A stretch of DNA of 63,995 nucleotides, filler included, from Porpidia crustulata (taxonomy: Eukaryota): the NCBI GenBank assembly GCA_964255105.1. It is 8 parts of 8 records of this genome, joined end to end, with 100 filler letters (N's around TTAATTAATTAA, not from the genome) between each part and the next. Parts side by side here need not be neighbours in the genome. Positions count along the whole stretch, not along the records: positions 48,492 to 56,440 come from CAXUWE010001206.1; positions 56,541 to 63,995 come from CAXUWE010001318.1; 6 more parts are not named here. One strand, given 5' to 3'. Numbering within the stretch: position 1 is the first letter of the stretch; each line of letters begins with the position of its first letter. Positions 48,730 to 61,396 of this stretch are shown here, piece by piece. A model generated the notes under the pieces. That model ran no database searches, had not been told where the DNA came from, and saw only the letters and a list, made by a program, of their open reading frames with translations. Position numbers and translations under genes: made by a program.

Positions 48730-49852
48730 TCACCTGATTGATTCCCCGAGTTTTATCTCCTCTCGCTCTGTATCATCCTGTGCAGCAGCTACTTTGGTAT
48801 ACACCTGTTCATCTGGCCTGCCAGGATCTCTTCCCGCCATCGCAGAGGACCTTGGCTCGTTCATCTCAATGATGGTAGACGTGTCGTCCAGCTCTCCCGT
48901 CCGGAGGTCAGGCGAATCTAATTCACTCCGTTCAGGGACTGGCGAATCTATGTCCAATTCTCCGATGGCAGGCTGCTGCACGTCCGGTAGAGTTCCCGGC
49001 CGGTCCCCTTTGCTATCATAGTAGTCGGGAACTCTCATCTCCATCAAGCCCATATTCGAATTCCTGTTCTGAGCGAGCCTCTGTCTTCTTTTGTAAAGCA
49101 CGAATGCGGCTATTGCTAGTAATATGGCGCCTGCAGCGGTACCTATGCCGATGCCTACTGATGCGCCGGCGCTGGGCCTGTTGGGTAAAGGTGATGATGT
49201 GGAAGATTGAGTGAACTGTGCTGGCAGTGTTGATGATACTCCAGTGGTGAAAAATGGAGTAGGTGTCTGTGTCGTTGTCAAGTTTAGGGTTGAAGCTGCA
49301 ACGAGGCTTGCGCTCCACGTGCTGGGCTGTGCTGCATCGTCCTCAGTGACACTAAAATACGAGCTATTCAGACCATGGATGTGGTAGTGAGTGTACAATA
49401 TCAATACACAGGTCACATTCGGCCCACAAGATGAGTCGCCCGTGAATGGTTCATTTATGGAAGCATTCGTATCGGTTATTCGAAAAACAATCTCTCTGTA
49501 TGCTTCTAGATTAGAGTAGCTGAGACCTGTCAGAATGTTTAGTAGATGGGAGAATTCGCGCCTTCTCATGCGGCTTACAGGGAAATGACACGGCATCGGC
49601 GTTTGGCCCGCACCATTCCTGCACGGTTGGATTAGAATCTGGAGTATCCCACATCGCTACAAGTTCGTCTTTGAAGTTGTAGGTATGATTAGTGCTGCCA
49701 TCGGGGTATATCCAATTGTCACTGCTTGCAGCGAAGGCAGCCGTTGACCAAAATATTAATCCAAGAACGTCGGAGACGCAGTAGCTACTACTCAGGTAGC
49801 CTATGGCGTAATCGGAAGATCGAAGTGTCGCCCAAGGCATGAACCAAGGCAT
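48730..49852 (-). CDS. Single-pass type I membrane protein (Mid2/SKG6-like architecture), 2 exons; start uncertain
   Basis: Hydrophobic leader, GTAAGC intron at about 49576-49528, S/T-rich stalk, TM SAGASVGIGIGTAAGAILLAIAAFVLYKRR, and a cytoplasmic tail with three ELD repeats. Confidence 0.7.
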
Positions 49853-50899
49853 CTTTGCACTGGAATTGCAATGGAAAGAGCTGATTTCAAGACAGGAATA
49901 TGTTGAGAGATGGCACTGGTCAAAATACAACCATTGTAATAGGATGTGTAGCGAAGTGAGGGAGGTGGGAGAAAGATGGAGAGATTAAAAATAACAAGGT
50001 CAAAAGCATTGACAGCAACACATCCCTACAAGATTAGGATGCTATTCACTGTAGGAAAGAGGCACAAGTGACCCAGCAGTGCCACAATTAGCCCTACCGG
50101 TTCCGCGGCTTCTGGCCTATCGCCTATCAATTGCCAGCACAAGGCTGCAACCGCACTCGCCATAAATGAATCAAACTTCATAGAAGAAATGAAAAGCCGT
50201 ACATGCTGTGTTGAGGAAATCCTCGTGCGTTCCGCCTTTGAATTCAGCGGCGCTGATTGCCAAGGCATTGCGTCAACTGGGAAGCTCGGTGATCATGTCT
50301 CGATATTGGAGACAAGACAGGTCAGTCATAGGAAAGGTATGCCATGGCCTTTCAAGTACTCGATGTGACTTGCATACTCTGGTCGATAGATCCTTAGTCT
50401 CCACACTACGTGAGGAATTAGTGAATGATCGATAAGGCTTGGAAGGATTCTAGCCCAAGATGTCAAACTATTCATTGATTTGTGATGCATAACAACAACG
50501 CTCTACTAAAAGTTCTTGTCACATAACAGTAGATACATTTATATATATTGAAAATAACATATGAGGTTCTTATAACAAGAGAAAAGGAAAGTCAGCTTGA
50601 TGTCGTGTCTCGCTTGTGGAAGCGCCGCTAAATTTTAGTGGCAGGTTGATCTTTTTCTTACCCATAAGGCCCTCAGCCACTGATCGCCTGGGAAGGTTAC
50701 TGAATGTCCACCCTTTTCGGCATTAAGTCTTTCAATTCTTCAATAGATGAGGTACTGTAATTAGTTCAGTCTCTAAACCTTTTCTATCGCACCCTAATCC
50801 CCGAATATTTACAATCCCCTACAATCTATTCTAGCCTTGACGTAGTATCTGACTTACTAAATGCTTCGAAATGCAGTGGCAAGTATGTTGAAATTATTC

Positions 50900-52573
50900 T
50901 CACACTCTCATTGTCCTTAACTGGACCTCTTGTACTCCCCTAAGTGGTCCCCTTTCATCAGCAAACTCTTCAAGCTCCTCGCCCTCTCCCGCAACTAGGG
51001 CTGCTTCCTCATCTTGTCCTCCGGCGTTGATCTTCTTGATGTTTGACGGATCGTTCTTTACGGCGACATACAGTGCACTCCCTAAGATTAGGCTGCTTCC
51101 AAGAATACTCCAAATGCCAGGTGTGCTGTTCCAAACAATCTTGTCGAACGCTAAAGCGAACAGCATCTGCGTGTAGACCATGTTTGTTGCACGGGAGCTC
51201 TTTTCATGCGCTAAACCTGCTGTGAGCAGTATCTGCATGACGAAACCACAGATCCCTAAGAATAAGAGATATCCCCACTCCCTCAGATCAGCCGGCAATC
51301 GGAAGCCTACACCTGGTACTGCGAAGACGGCCACAAGGCTGACAATAGTACACCATCCCGCAAAATAGCTGACGGAGATGAGAGGATGAGCTCGTTTTCC
51401 AATCCAACGAATGGTTGTGTACGCACACGCAGCCCCAAGAACCCCCACCAGTGCCACACCTATGGCCACTAATCGCTGGGTTGCGCTTACATTATCTAAG
51501 CTGTCCGTGTCTACTGTTGTTGAGGTGTTCGGCAGGGAAATCCCATCTGTAGCACCGTTCACGCTTGGGCCGAAGTCAGCGTCACCGTGGAGAAGCGACG
51601 TAGGTCGAGCTATCAACACCACCCCGGTAAGGGAGACACCAGCTGCGATCTGTTGCATACGGGTAAATGGCTCATTGATCAAGATTGATGCGGCCCAGCA
51701 CGAGACCGTGGGAGCCAGGAATGTGATGACGGTGGCTTCGGCCTGTAGATAGCGATTTTGGAATTAGAATTGACTCTAAGAGGATAGATTCACGAGCTAT
51801 AGATCATGTCTGCAGAGTTTGTACTCTAGAGGCATGTCACACAACCCAGGAAAGCTTGCGGACGAGGGGCACTGGACTCAGAGAATTTACTTGCAATTGG
51901 GAGGTACTGTAAGGAATAATACATCCCATACACTCCGAAGAATCCCCCAAAACCTCGCGCAACCAGTAGCTTCCTGATGGGCCTTGGGCCAAAGGGAGCG
52001 AATTCAATCCCATGACACCACATGTAGAAGAGACATAGAACCAGAGTAATGCCCATGCGCGCGAACAGTATCTAAAATCAGGCCCTCTCATTAGTACGGT
52101 TTTTCTTGTATCCTCCCAAGTAGGGACGCACGTACCTGAAATGGATGCATCCCTTTGCCTCTGCTTCCTGCAGTTTCAAGAAGACGGGTTGTGACATTCA
52201 TCAAGGCCCCAAAGAGTTGTGAGACCATGACCAAAGCCAACCCTCTGTTCACAGCCCAAAACGATCGAATCCTATCCTTCCATGCTCCTGCAAATCTCGG
52301 GGAACACAAAAAAGGTCCAGACCTTGGGGTGAGTTCCAGAGGGTCTGGGTGTCTTTCATTCTCATTATCTGCAGAATATGTGGAGAGGAGTGAATCGAGG
52401 TCGTCTGGATGTCGTTGAAATGATGACGGAAGGGGATTATCGAGGTAGGTTTGCTTGCTGGTGGCTTTTGTCTCTGCATTTGAAACACTGGGTGTTGAAG
52501 CTTCTACCACACTTAAATTTGATACACTGCTCTTGTCATCATCTGCTCCCACTTGTGACATGAGGAAAGGCAT
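50900..52573 (-). CDS. EamA/DMT (drug-metabolite transporter) family protein; exons 52573-52136, 52071-51895 and 51742-50900
   Basis: GLALVMVSQLFGALMNVTTRLLE, MHPFQ|ILFARM, LVARGFGGFFGV, YLPI|AEATVITFLAP, YTTIRWIGKRAHPL and SSRATNMVYTQM. Confidence 0.9.
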
Positions 52574-53812
52574 GATGTTCCATCAAACAAATTGACGACA
52601 ATATTTCGAACGTATGAGTGCCAGCACCAGATCATAAGAGCAGGAACGAATGACTCCGGTAAGAGACGGATCACCACTGACGGGAAGGCTGCCCGTAAAT
52701 TGGGCCATTGTGCGTACATGGCCTGTTAGTGGGCAACTACGCACGTTAGCATTTTGCGGGGTTCCCACCACTTCTGGGTCACCGTCAAGTGGGAGGACTT
52801 GAAGCAGCAATTATGTTGCGATACTGAAGTCTTTTCGAGTCTCAGGATCACGATAATGAGGGTGATGTCGCACTGCAGCCCGCGGTGGCTGACCCGCAGC
52901 TATCGCGCCGGGTGGCTTTGGGTGTCACAAACCAGCCTAAAGGAGGAAGTCAGTGCGTTCAGTAGGGTAGAGGATGACTTTGCCATACTTGATCTTTGAG
53001 TCTCGAATCTCTCGATTCAGATTCGCGCGCCACGGAGATTGTCACACGAGGAAGCGCCAACATGAAACGTGATGACAGACAAGGCCCTCGAGTCTATCTG
53101 CCAATCATCTCACGTCAACCAACATCCATTCAATACCACCCTCCTCTTGAAGACGTTGCGGGTAGATCCTCCTGATACCCCGGCTACCTACCACTACATG
53201 GACTCGGTCACGACAGCGAGGTAGGGGCCTCAGCAACCGAGGGCCCTGTTTACTTTCCTTCCAACTGTCGTTTCTCCTGAGCAAACACCGACATAGTGCG
53301 AAATGGTTGCGAGGTACGGACGTGGGAAGGCCTACTTCCCGCGACAGGTCCTCAAGAGGCCTGAGCTAATCTCATCAACTCTTTCGACAAACCTATCGTA
53401 TGCGCTTCCCTATTGGTCTGTTTCATCACCAGTTCATTTCCGACGTTCGTCTTCCTTGAAAAGTACATTGCTAGCCTCTCCTGATCTGCCAAATGACACC
53501 TCTCAGCAGTCTTTCCTCTTCTCGGTCGAGCCTTTGAAAGATACTGCGAGTCTACAATACGTCTATTTGCTCGAGGTGTCATTCCTCTGTATTAGATGTG
53601 AACTGGGTTGCACTCAAGAATTACAATTAATAATCCAATCTCTGTCCAGTGCACACAATCCTTGTAGCTATTATGGGGGATCGTCTGAAAACATTATATC
53701 ATGGGAGCTTTCCCACCTGACGTTTTCTAAATAGTGCTATAGCAGATATATCCCTATAACTGCATCAACGTTCATTACTTGCTCTCAGTCGCTCATTTTA
53801 CATTTTCTTAGC

Positions 53813-56440
53813 ATGAGGTACTTTTTCTTGTATATATGCCTTCGGGCTTCATTATTTGTGCGGGCACTTCCAACCTCTACTCAGGCGGCGATGCCAAATG
53901 ATATACTAGTGGCAGGAATGCAAACATTATCTCCACCATCGAATGTGCCAACTCCCACTGGAGTAAGAACCCTACTACGAAATTACCCATGCTTTTCTTT
54001 TGTGTTCCTTCAATAAGCATTTCTTAGAGAACAAGGCTCCACGCCAGCTCTCCAGTTCAAATCTTTCTGGATATGCCTTGTCGAGACTTTTGTCGTAGCT
54101 CAGCCAAAAACATAAACCATAGTTCTGGATCTGGGGTTCTTTGCTAATATCACGCCGTTTTCCAGACTGTACATACAAGCCTTGAGACCAGCGGACATAG
54201 CAGCGTCCAGCCATTCCCTACCACGGTCGTTTCAATCGCAACTTCTACATCTGCTAACGCAAATGCTTCATCGTTGCCTTCACAAACACCACCAAAGCCT
54301 GATGTTTCGCTCTCTGACATTTTCAACACTCCAATCAGCACCGGAGGGCCAGCCTCAGTCATCCCATCGAGGTCAGATCATCCAGTGCCGCGCACTGGCA
54401 TTGTAAGGTACTACATTTCTAGGAATGGGGTATAGTGTATTGATTGTTCTCTTAGACAAACCAGAAAGGTCCAATTGGCACCAACAAGTTCTACGCAAAC
54501 TTCTTTCTTGGAAATCAGACAAATGCAGTTTGGACACAGCCCTACTCCATGATATGGAGTCAAGGCACTGGCAACGCCAAATCATGGGGGCTTAGCGTTT
54601 CGCACGTCGACCCTGACCAAAGGGTATGGAAAGCTCCCTTGACACATTTCAGCCCTATCTAATAACCACAGGCGTTTGGTCCGGATGCCAGCAAAAATCC
54701 AGTGGAATACTACATCAATCCTATCGGCATTCAGTCCCTCGTCTTTTCTGCTGCTGAGCTTGGCCCGTGAGTGATGAAAGCGTACACAAATTGAAGCAAT
54801 ACTAATTCTCCGAAGGTCAATGTCCTTGACCACAGACTCCTTGACAGCACTCTCCGCCAACGCAAATCTGTTGACCGACAGTAACAGCACCCCAGCGATT
54901 ACAGTGCCGCTCGTGCAGGGCATGGGTTTTGTCACTGCAATCTATAACGGGGTCACGCCCTTCATCGACAGCAGCATTTTTTTCCATACCATCTCACCTC
55001 TTCCATCGCCTAAGACTGGTGTTACAAAATACAAATTGCTCTTAGAAGATGGCAGGACATGGCTTCTATACGCTACCGCGATAAACGGCACCGGCCTTGC
55101 TCTGACTTCGACCAGTAGCTCTCGTCTCTCAGCCGCAGGGCCTTTCACTGGTGCAATTCAGGTTGCCAAAAACCCTGGAGACGTTGCTGCTCAAGAGGCG
55201 TCTTACGATAGTGCTGCAGGGTCCTACGCAACTAGTGCCTCCATCTCCGGTTCAGTCAACGGGTCATTGGGATCTTATACCATATCTTGGACAAAGGCAG
55301 GCAACGGCTCACCCTTGATCATGAACGCCCTACCTCATCAGATCGAATCGATGGACTCGAAGACAAGCGCGGGAAAAACCGGGATCCAGCTCCAATCCAC
55401 CACCCACGGGCCAATGACCGCTATGATTGGCGACTCCTGGACCATGGTCGAGCCGGACATGCCCACGAACATGACCTTTGCCCCCTGGATCGCTGCCGAT
55501 GGATCCACAGCCGCCATCCCAGCATCCGCCATCGCCAAGATCAACGCCGCCGGCACCAGCGAGCTCGCGCAGGACATGAACGCGCAATCCAACCTCAACA
55601 GCATGTACTACAGCGGCAAAGCCCTGTCAAAATTCGCCACCATCATCTACGCCATCCACGACCTGACCGGCGACACCGCCCTCGCCGCCTCCGGCCTCGA
55701 CAAGCTCAAAACCGCCTTCGCCGTCTTCGCCGAAAACAAGCAGCAGTACCCGCTCGTGTACGAATCCGCCTGGGGCGGCATCGTCAGCTCCGCCGCGTAC
55801 CTGACCGGGAACGCGGGCGAGGATTTCGGCAACACCTACTACAACGACCATCACTTCCACTGGTCCTACTTCATCCACGCCGCCGCCATCATCGGCCACC
55901 TCGACCCGACCTGGCTACCCGCCAACAAGGACTGGGTCAACACCCTCGTGCGCGACGCCGGCAACCACACCGCCAATGGCGACCCCAGCTTCCCCTTCTC
56001 CCGCTCCTTCGACTGGTTCCACGGCCACTCCTGGGCCAAAGGCCTCTTCGACTCCGCCGACGGCAAGGACCAAGAATCCTCCTCCGAAGACGCCCTCTTC
56101 GCCTACGCCACCAAAATGTGGGGCCGCACCGCCAACGACGCCGCCATGGAAGCCCGCGGCAACCTGATGCTGGCCGTCATGCGGCGCTCTTTGCGGAATT
56201 ACTTCCTCCTCGCCGCCGACAACACGAACCAACCGGCGAATTTCATCGCGAACAAAGTCACGGGCATCCTGTTCGAGAATAAAGTCGATCATGTGACGTA
56301 CTTCGGCGCGAAACCGGAGTATATCCAGGGGATTCATATGTTGCCCATCGTGCCCTCGTCCGCGTATCTGCGTGAAGCGGGGTTCGTGGAAGAGGAGTGG
56401 AAGGCGTATTTTGATGGTGGAAGGGTTGATAGTGTGGAGG
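53813..56440 (+). CDS. Secreted GH81 endo-1,3(4)-beta-glucanase (Eng1/EngA-like), 3' truncated
   Basis: Signal-like start at 53813 (less certain); DHPVPRTGI|..TNKFYANFFLG; PLVQGMGFVTAIY; SMYYSGKALSKFA; DFGNTYYNDHHFH; FDWFHGHSWAKGLFDSADGKDQESSSED; IQGIHMLP. Confidence 0.95.
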
Positions 56441-56540
56441 NNNNNNNNNNNNNNNNNNNNNNNNNNNNNNNNNNNNNNNNNNNNTTAATTAATTAANNNN
56501 NNNNNNNNNNNNNNNNNNNNNNNNNNNNNNNNNNNNNNNN
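56441..56540. other. Artificial contig spacer
   Basis: 44N-TTAATTAATTAA-44N. Confidence 0.99.
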
Positions 56541-58300
56541 GATCCAAATCCACCGGATACTATCCGCATACAGCCGCAGCACCTCCGCCTTCAACCCAAC
56601 CTCGACGACCAAATCCCGCAGCCTCGGGATGAAATCGATGGCTTCGTTGGCGTTGCCGAGGCTGGCGAGCGCGGCAGGCAGCGGGCCGAGGCGCTTAACC
56701 TCGGACGCGAACACATTGCTGAAGATGGTGGAGCCAAGGGCGACGCCGACGACGCCGCCCATCTGGCGCGCGAAGACGAACATGCCCATGGCGAGGCCGA
56801 CGTCGTCTTCCGGCACCGCGGCCTGCATGGGGATGGTCAGGGCCGGGTAAAGGGCGCCGAGGCCGGCACCGGCGAGCATCTGGAAGCCGGTGCGCTGGTG
56901 CACGTTGGAGGTCGAGCGCAGGAGGGAGATGATGCCGAAGCCGACGATGGTGAGGGTCCAGGCGAGGTAGACGGACCAGCGGTATTTGCGGAGGTATTCG
57001 ATGGCGAAGGCGACGAGGATGGCAAAGGGCATGACGGTGAAACAGATGGGGAAGACGTCGATGGCGGCGGTTAGGGGGCGGTGCTGGATGGAGGATTCGA
57101 AGTAGAGGGGGAGGTAGAAGAGGATGCTGTAGAGGAGGACGCCGTGGAGGAAGGAGTTGAAGAGGACGGCGGCGCGCGTGCGTGTCGCGAACATGCGGTA
57201 GGGGATTATCGGGTCCGAGGGGCGGGATTCGTATAGGACGAAGAGGATGAGTACAGCGATTCCGACGATGAGGGGGAGGAGGGTAGGCCATGAGGACCAG
57301 GGATAGATGGAGCCGCCCCAAGTAATAGCGAGGATGAAGCAGGTGGTTCCGAAGAAGAAAAAGAGGATCCCGAGCCAGTCGATCCGCGCCCATTTGAGTC
57401 TAAAGGACTGTTTGGGAGATTTCAACTTCATGAACGGAGGGGTCAGGACAAGGGCGATGCCGAGGAATGGTAAATTGATCCAAGCAATCCATCGCCAGCT
57501 CACGTACTGGGCAAAGCCACCTCCAACGACGGGACCAAGGACGGTGCCTGCCGCCAGGACAAACCCGAGCATACCCAGATAGAGCGGGCGCTCTTTGAGT
57601 GTGGTCATGTCGGTGAGGATGATTTCAGATAGTACTTCCAGCCCGCCCCCGCCAATACCTTGGATAGTACGCCCAGCGATAAGGACCGTCATGTTTGGGG
57701 CCGCGCCGATGATGATTGAGCCTGTTCCGAAAAAGACCATGCAGTAATATAGCACTTGCTTGCGGCCGAATATATCGGAGAAGATGGTATGGACAGGTTG
57801 GAAGAGAACGCTGGTCAACAGGAACGAGATACCTGCCCAGAAGGATTCTAGTGTTGTAGCGTGTAAATCTTCTGCAATGACCTACGTAGGATGTACCTTT
57901 ATCAGTAAGTATTCAAGCATTCGAGAAGTAACTTCCCCGATATCAATTTACGTACAGGCAGGGCCACCGAGAGCGTCGTCGCATCTAGCGTGCTCACAAA
58001 AGCTACAATGGCAAGAGCGAGAAAGGCCATCATGAAGCCGAAGCTCTTTCTCCTGGCTTTGGGTACCAGAGTCTCCCGCATCTCATCTTCTTTGAGAGTT
58101 CGCGGATTGAAGGTTGACAGATCACCGTCCTCCGCCGTTGGACTGTTGGGTCCATATCTCTGCAATTGCATTTCGAGTCCATCGCGATCATCCGGGAGAC
58201 GAGGCAATGCGGTGGTTGAGTGATTCAGTTGATTCATCTCCATTTGATTAAGGATCGCAGGGGATGGGCTTTTCTTTCGTGACCTGGGTCCAGAGGTCAT
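56541..58300 (-). CDS. MFS 14-TMS drug:H+ antiporter (DHA2-type), 3' truncated
   Basis: STLDATTLSVALP|VIAEDL, FWAGISFLL, FSDIFGRKQ, GRTIQGIGGGG, LGPVVGG..WRWIAWINLP, IDWLG and WGGSIYPWSS. Confidence 0.92.
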
Positions 58301-59367
58301 GGTGGAGGGTGCGGTCTAATCACAATTGGAGAGTATGGAATGACATTTCGAAGTAGCCAAATTGTCTACTACGCTTTCCACAAGAACAATGCAAAAGCCT
58401 TACTGTGTAGAGTCGAGCATAGTAGTATCACCGAATTAACAAAGTGCACGAGGTTTGCTTACGCAAGACCACCTTGACTTTTTCTCGTCAACGACAGAGA
58501 TGACCCGGAATGACTGGTTGGGAAGAAGAGACATGACCAAAAGCGGCACAATGCGAAGCAAGGTACGGCGAAAGAAACAACTAGTATAGGAGAGTGTATT
58601 ATGTGTACCTACCGGTGGGATCAGCGCGCAGGTTTCACTGTTAAGGGCCGGAGGACAGCCGTCGGTGAATAAAAAAATGAATGACAAAAGTACGGCGGCA
58701 AAGCCAAGTAGTCATCAACACATGAACTGCAACGCGTGTAAAGGCAGATTGATGACATGCATATGGGCTGAGTAAAGGAGATGTATTGCAGTGTCATCTT
58801 CCTCTGATACCTGTGCTTACTCTATGATGGAGTCTCAAAGCTCAAGTTGGTTGAATCGGGTGAAGAAACTACTACACAAGCACGTGACAAGATCGGAGCA
58901 AGCAGGTGCATAGGGCTGATGATTAAGCAGGACTACTTTGTCACGTGATTCATAGTTTGGAATGTGGTCGTCTAGTGAATTGGCGCATCTTGATCTGTTC
59001 GGTATCTTGTATGAACATCAGCTGTTCTGTTTGTGAAAGGTTTCGCCCTTGAAGACGGAAAATGGAGAGAGATCACGATTCGGTGCTGCGCCAGGAAGTT
59101 TTATCTGATGGTCGAAGAAGGCTCGGACCGCAGACCAGACGGAATCATAGTCGTCAAAGCGGCAAGCGAAAACACGCTTATCTGGACATGCAATCGCTTC
59201 AGCCGCCACACGACAGACTACTCTGACGTACCAAAGTCTGATCCTTCGCCCCAACACTACTCGCCGCTCTATCGTTCCACCACCCTTGGTCGCAACATCA
59301 TGTCCAACATGTCAATTTGAACCAAAGCTGACTCGCCTCGTCCAGAGCGAGTTTCTCGATACCAAGC

Positions 59368-60645
59368 ATGGTGTTGTCCATAAGATCGCGATATATCATA
59401 TTCCCATTAACTCTCGGTCTCGCCGCCCTCACCCTCCTCTTCCTCCGCTTATCGCTGGACCGAGAGCCACAACTCAATCCTGATCCACCAGATGAGCCCA
59501 CAAACCCAACTCCAACGCCACTCCCCGAATTCTTCCCTCTCGCCGCCAAGGCCAAGTCTTCCGACGATCTCCCTCCAATTCCATCATGGAATAAGCCCCC
59601 AAATCCACATGTCCCGGAAAAAACCAGGCTCTTCATTGGGTTCACAAGATTCTGGCCTCTATTGCAGCAAGTCATAGTCAGCTACATCACAGCAGGATGG
59701 CCGCCCGAGGATATTTTCGTCGTCGAAAACACTGGTACTATGGACGCCAACAAGCACGGCCGTCTAACCCCCGAAAATCCCTTCTACCTTGACTATCATC
59801 GCCTGACTGAAATCTTTGGCGTCAACATCATCACCACTCCCTCCTACCAAACATTTGCCCAGCTACAGAATCTCTACCTCTCCGAAGCCATCAACAATAA
59901 CCTCCCTTATTACTTCTGGGGTCACATGGATGTCGTCGCTCAGTCGCACGAAGACCAAGAAGACTACAAATCCCTCTACATGCGCGCGGTGGATGTGATT
60001 CGAGAAACACAAGAGCCGGGCTACAAAATGGACGACCAAGGTCGCGATCACAGATGGGCCATTCAGTTCTTCTCATACGACTGGCTGGCCATGGTCAACA
60101 CCGCCGCCTTTGTCGAAATCGGAGGCTGGGACACCATGATCGGCTACTACAGCACCGACTGCGACATGCACTCGCGCATCGCCATGGCCGGGCTCGCCGC
60201 ACCCATCGCCGACGCCGGCCAGGTGTTTGACGTGGGCACCTCCATGGACGACCTCGAAGTGCTGTATCGCCGCCGCCCCAAACGCAGCGCCTCCCCCAGT
60301 CCCCACAAACGCGGCAACGGCACCCACGGCCCCAACGCCGCCTACCTCACCACCACGGAAGAAGACGAACGCGGCAGCCCGCAGTGGCACGATCTGCAGG
60401 CGCGCCTCGAAGCCATGTCGCAGGCCAAGCGCGACGACGTGTACCGCAACAGCTGGCAGAAGCGGCAGACCGGCGGGAAAGGCGAGCCGTATTATTACGA
60501 CGCCGAGGGCTTCGAGAAGGCGTTGCAGATGACGATTCATGTTGGCACGGAGGTGTACGAGGAGAAATGGGGGCATCACGGGTGTAATTTGGGGGAAACG
60601 AAGTTGGGTCTGGAGGATATGTGGAAGGTGAAGCATGATTGGTGA
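59368..60645 (+). CDS. Type II membrane protein, putative GT-A-fold glycosyltransferase of an uncharacterised fungal family
   Basis: N-terminal TM plus Pro-rich stem; IGFTRFWPLLQQ, DIFVVENTG, YFWGHMDV, and FVEIGGWDTMIGYYSTDCDMHSR, which resembles the GT2 VGGFDE..EDxD motif. Confidence 0.7.
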   Translation: MVLSIRSRYIIFPLTLGLAALTLLFLRLSLDREPQLNPDPPDEPTNPTPTPLPEFFPLAAKAKSSDDLPPIPSWNKPPNPHVPEKTRLFIGFTRFWPLLQQVIVSYITAGWPPEDIFVVENTGTMDANKHGRLTPENPFYLDYHRLTEIFGVNIITTPSYQTFAQLQNLYLSEAINNNLPYYFWGHMDVVAQSHEDQEDYKSLYMRAVDVIRETQEPGYKMDDQGRDHRWAIQFFSYDWLAMVNTAAFVEIGGWDTMIGYYSTDCDMHSRIAMAGLAAPIADAGQVFDVGTSMDDLEVLYRRRPKRSASPSPHKRGNGTHGPNAAYLTTTEEDERGSPQWHDLQARLEAMSQAKRDDVYRNSWQKRQTGGKGEPYYYDAEGFEKALQMTIHVGTEVYEEKWGHHGCNLGETKLGLEDMWKVKHDW

Positions 60646-61396
60646 GTCTTGTCGTGTATTTGGAGTACGGATAAGGTGGTCAGGATGAGAGGCTAATACG
60701 TCTCGTCCAGGGAGTGAATATGAACCTTTGCCGGATAAACTTCCTCTTGGAAATACGACGTCTTCCGGGACTACTGTTGTACCATATAACCTTCCCTGTA
60801 TCCTAGTTGTACCGCTGCACATCCACCAACTGTATCGTTCCACCAGCTCCATAAGTTGTGATCATACATCACACATCCAAATACACATATTCACCAAACC
60901 CTCGTCTGTAAAACCCCATCGTCCCCCCCAACTCTCGTATACTCGCTTGTGCGTGAGTCTCTCTTGACAATATCCAGGCTTAGTGAATTGACCAAACACA
61001 TAAGGTTTATGATTCCAAGCATCCCATTCGAAGCGGTGTCATGGAGTATTCCATTGAGTTCTCGTCCTCACCCGGCCACATTGTATAGGGTTAGGGTTAT
61101 ATCTACTAACCATCTGTGCATGAATCTCAACACACCCAACGTGACAGTCCATTGCACACGACTCTTCGGTGTTGAAGTCTAACGGACAAATTAATCTATC
61201 AATTGGCATCTTATTTGTACGTTGGAGGTTACCGATACTTTTATGCCTTAGGGTTTTCCTCATCGTGACAAATCGTCCGGGAAAATTCATGTTCTGCATA
61301 GAATATCCGTTCACAAATAGAATTCTTGAACATGAGAGCGCCTTTGTGATGTTCCACCGAGTACATCGTATCGGAGAATTCTGCTATGACACGACA

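Noticed and set aside
50842..50851. GTAGTATCTG resembling the U2 snRNA branch-recognition region
   Set aside because: Only a 10-nt match; the conserved U2 5' stem and Sm site are absent.
55287..56282. 331-aa alternative-frame ORF within GH81, and similar shadow ORFs at 56695-57393, 60073-60852 and 23587-24132
   Set aside because: Arg/Pro/His-rich products expected from extreme GC3 bias in the real genes; no domain signatures.
53813..60645. Apparent GH81 + MFS + glycosyltransferase cluster
   Set aside because: GH81 is on a different contig from the other two (spacer at 56441-56540).
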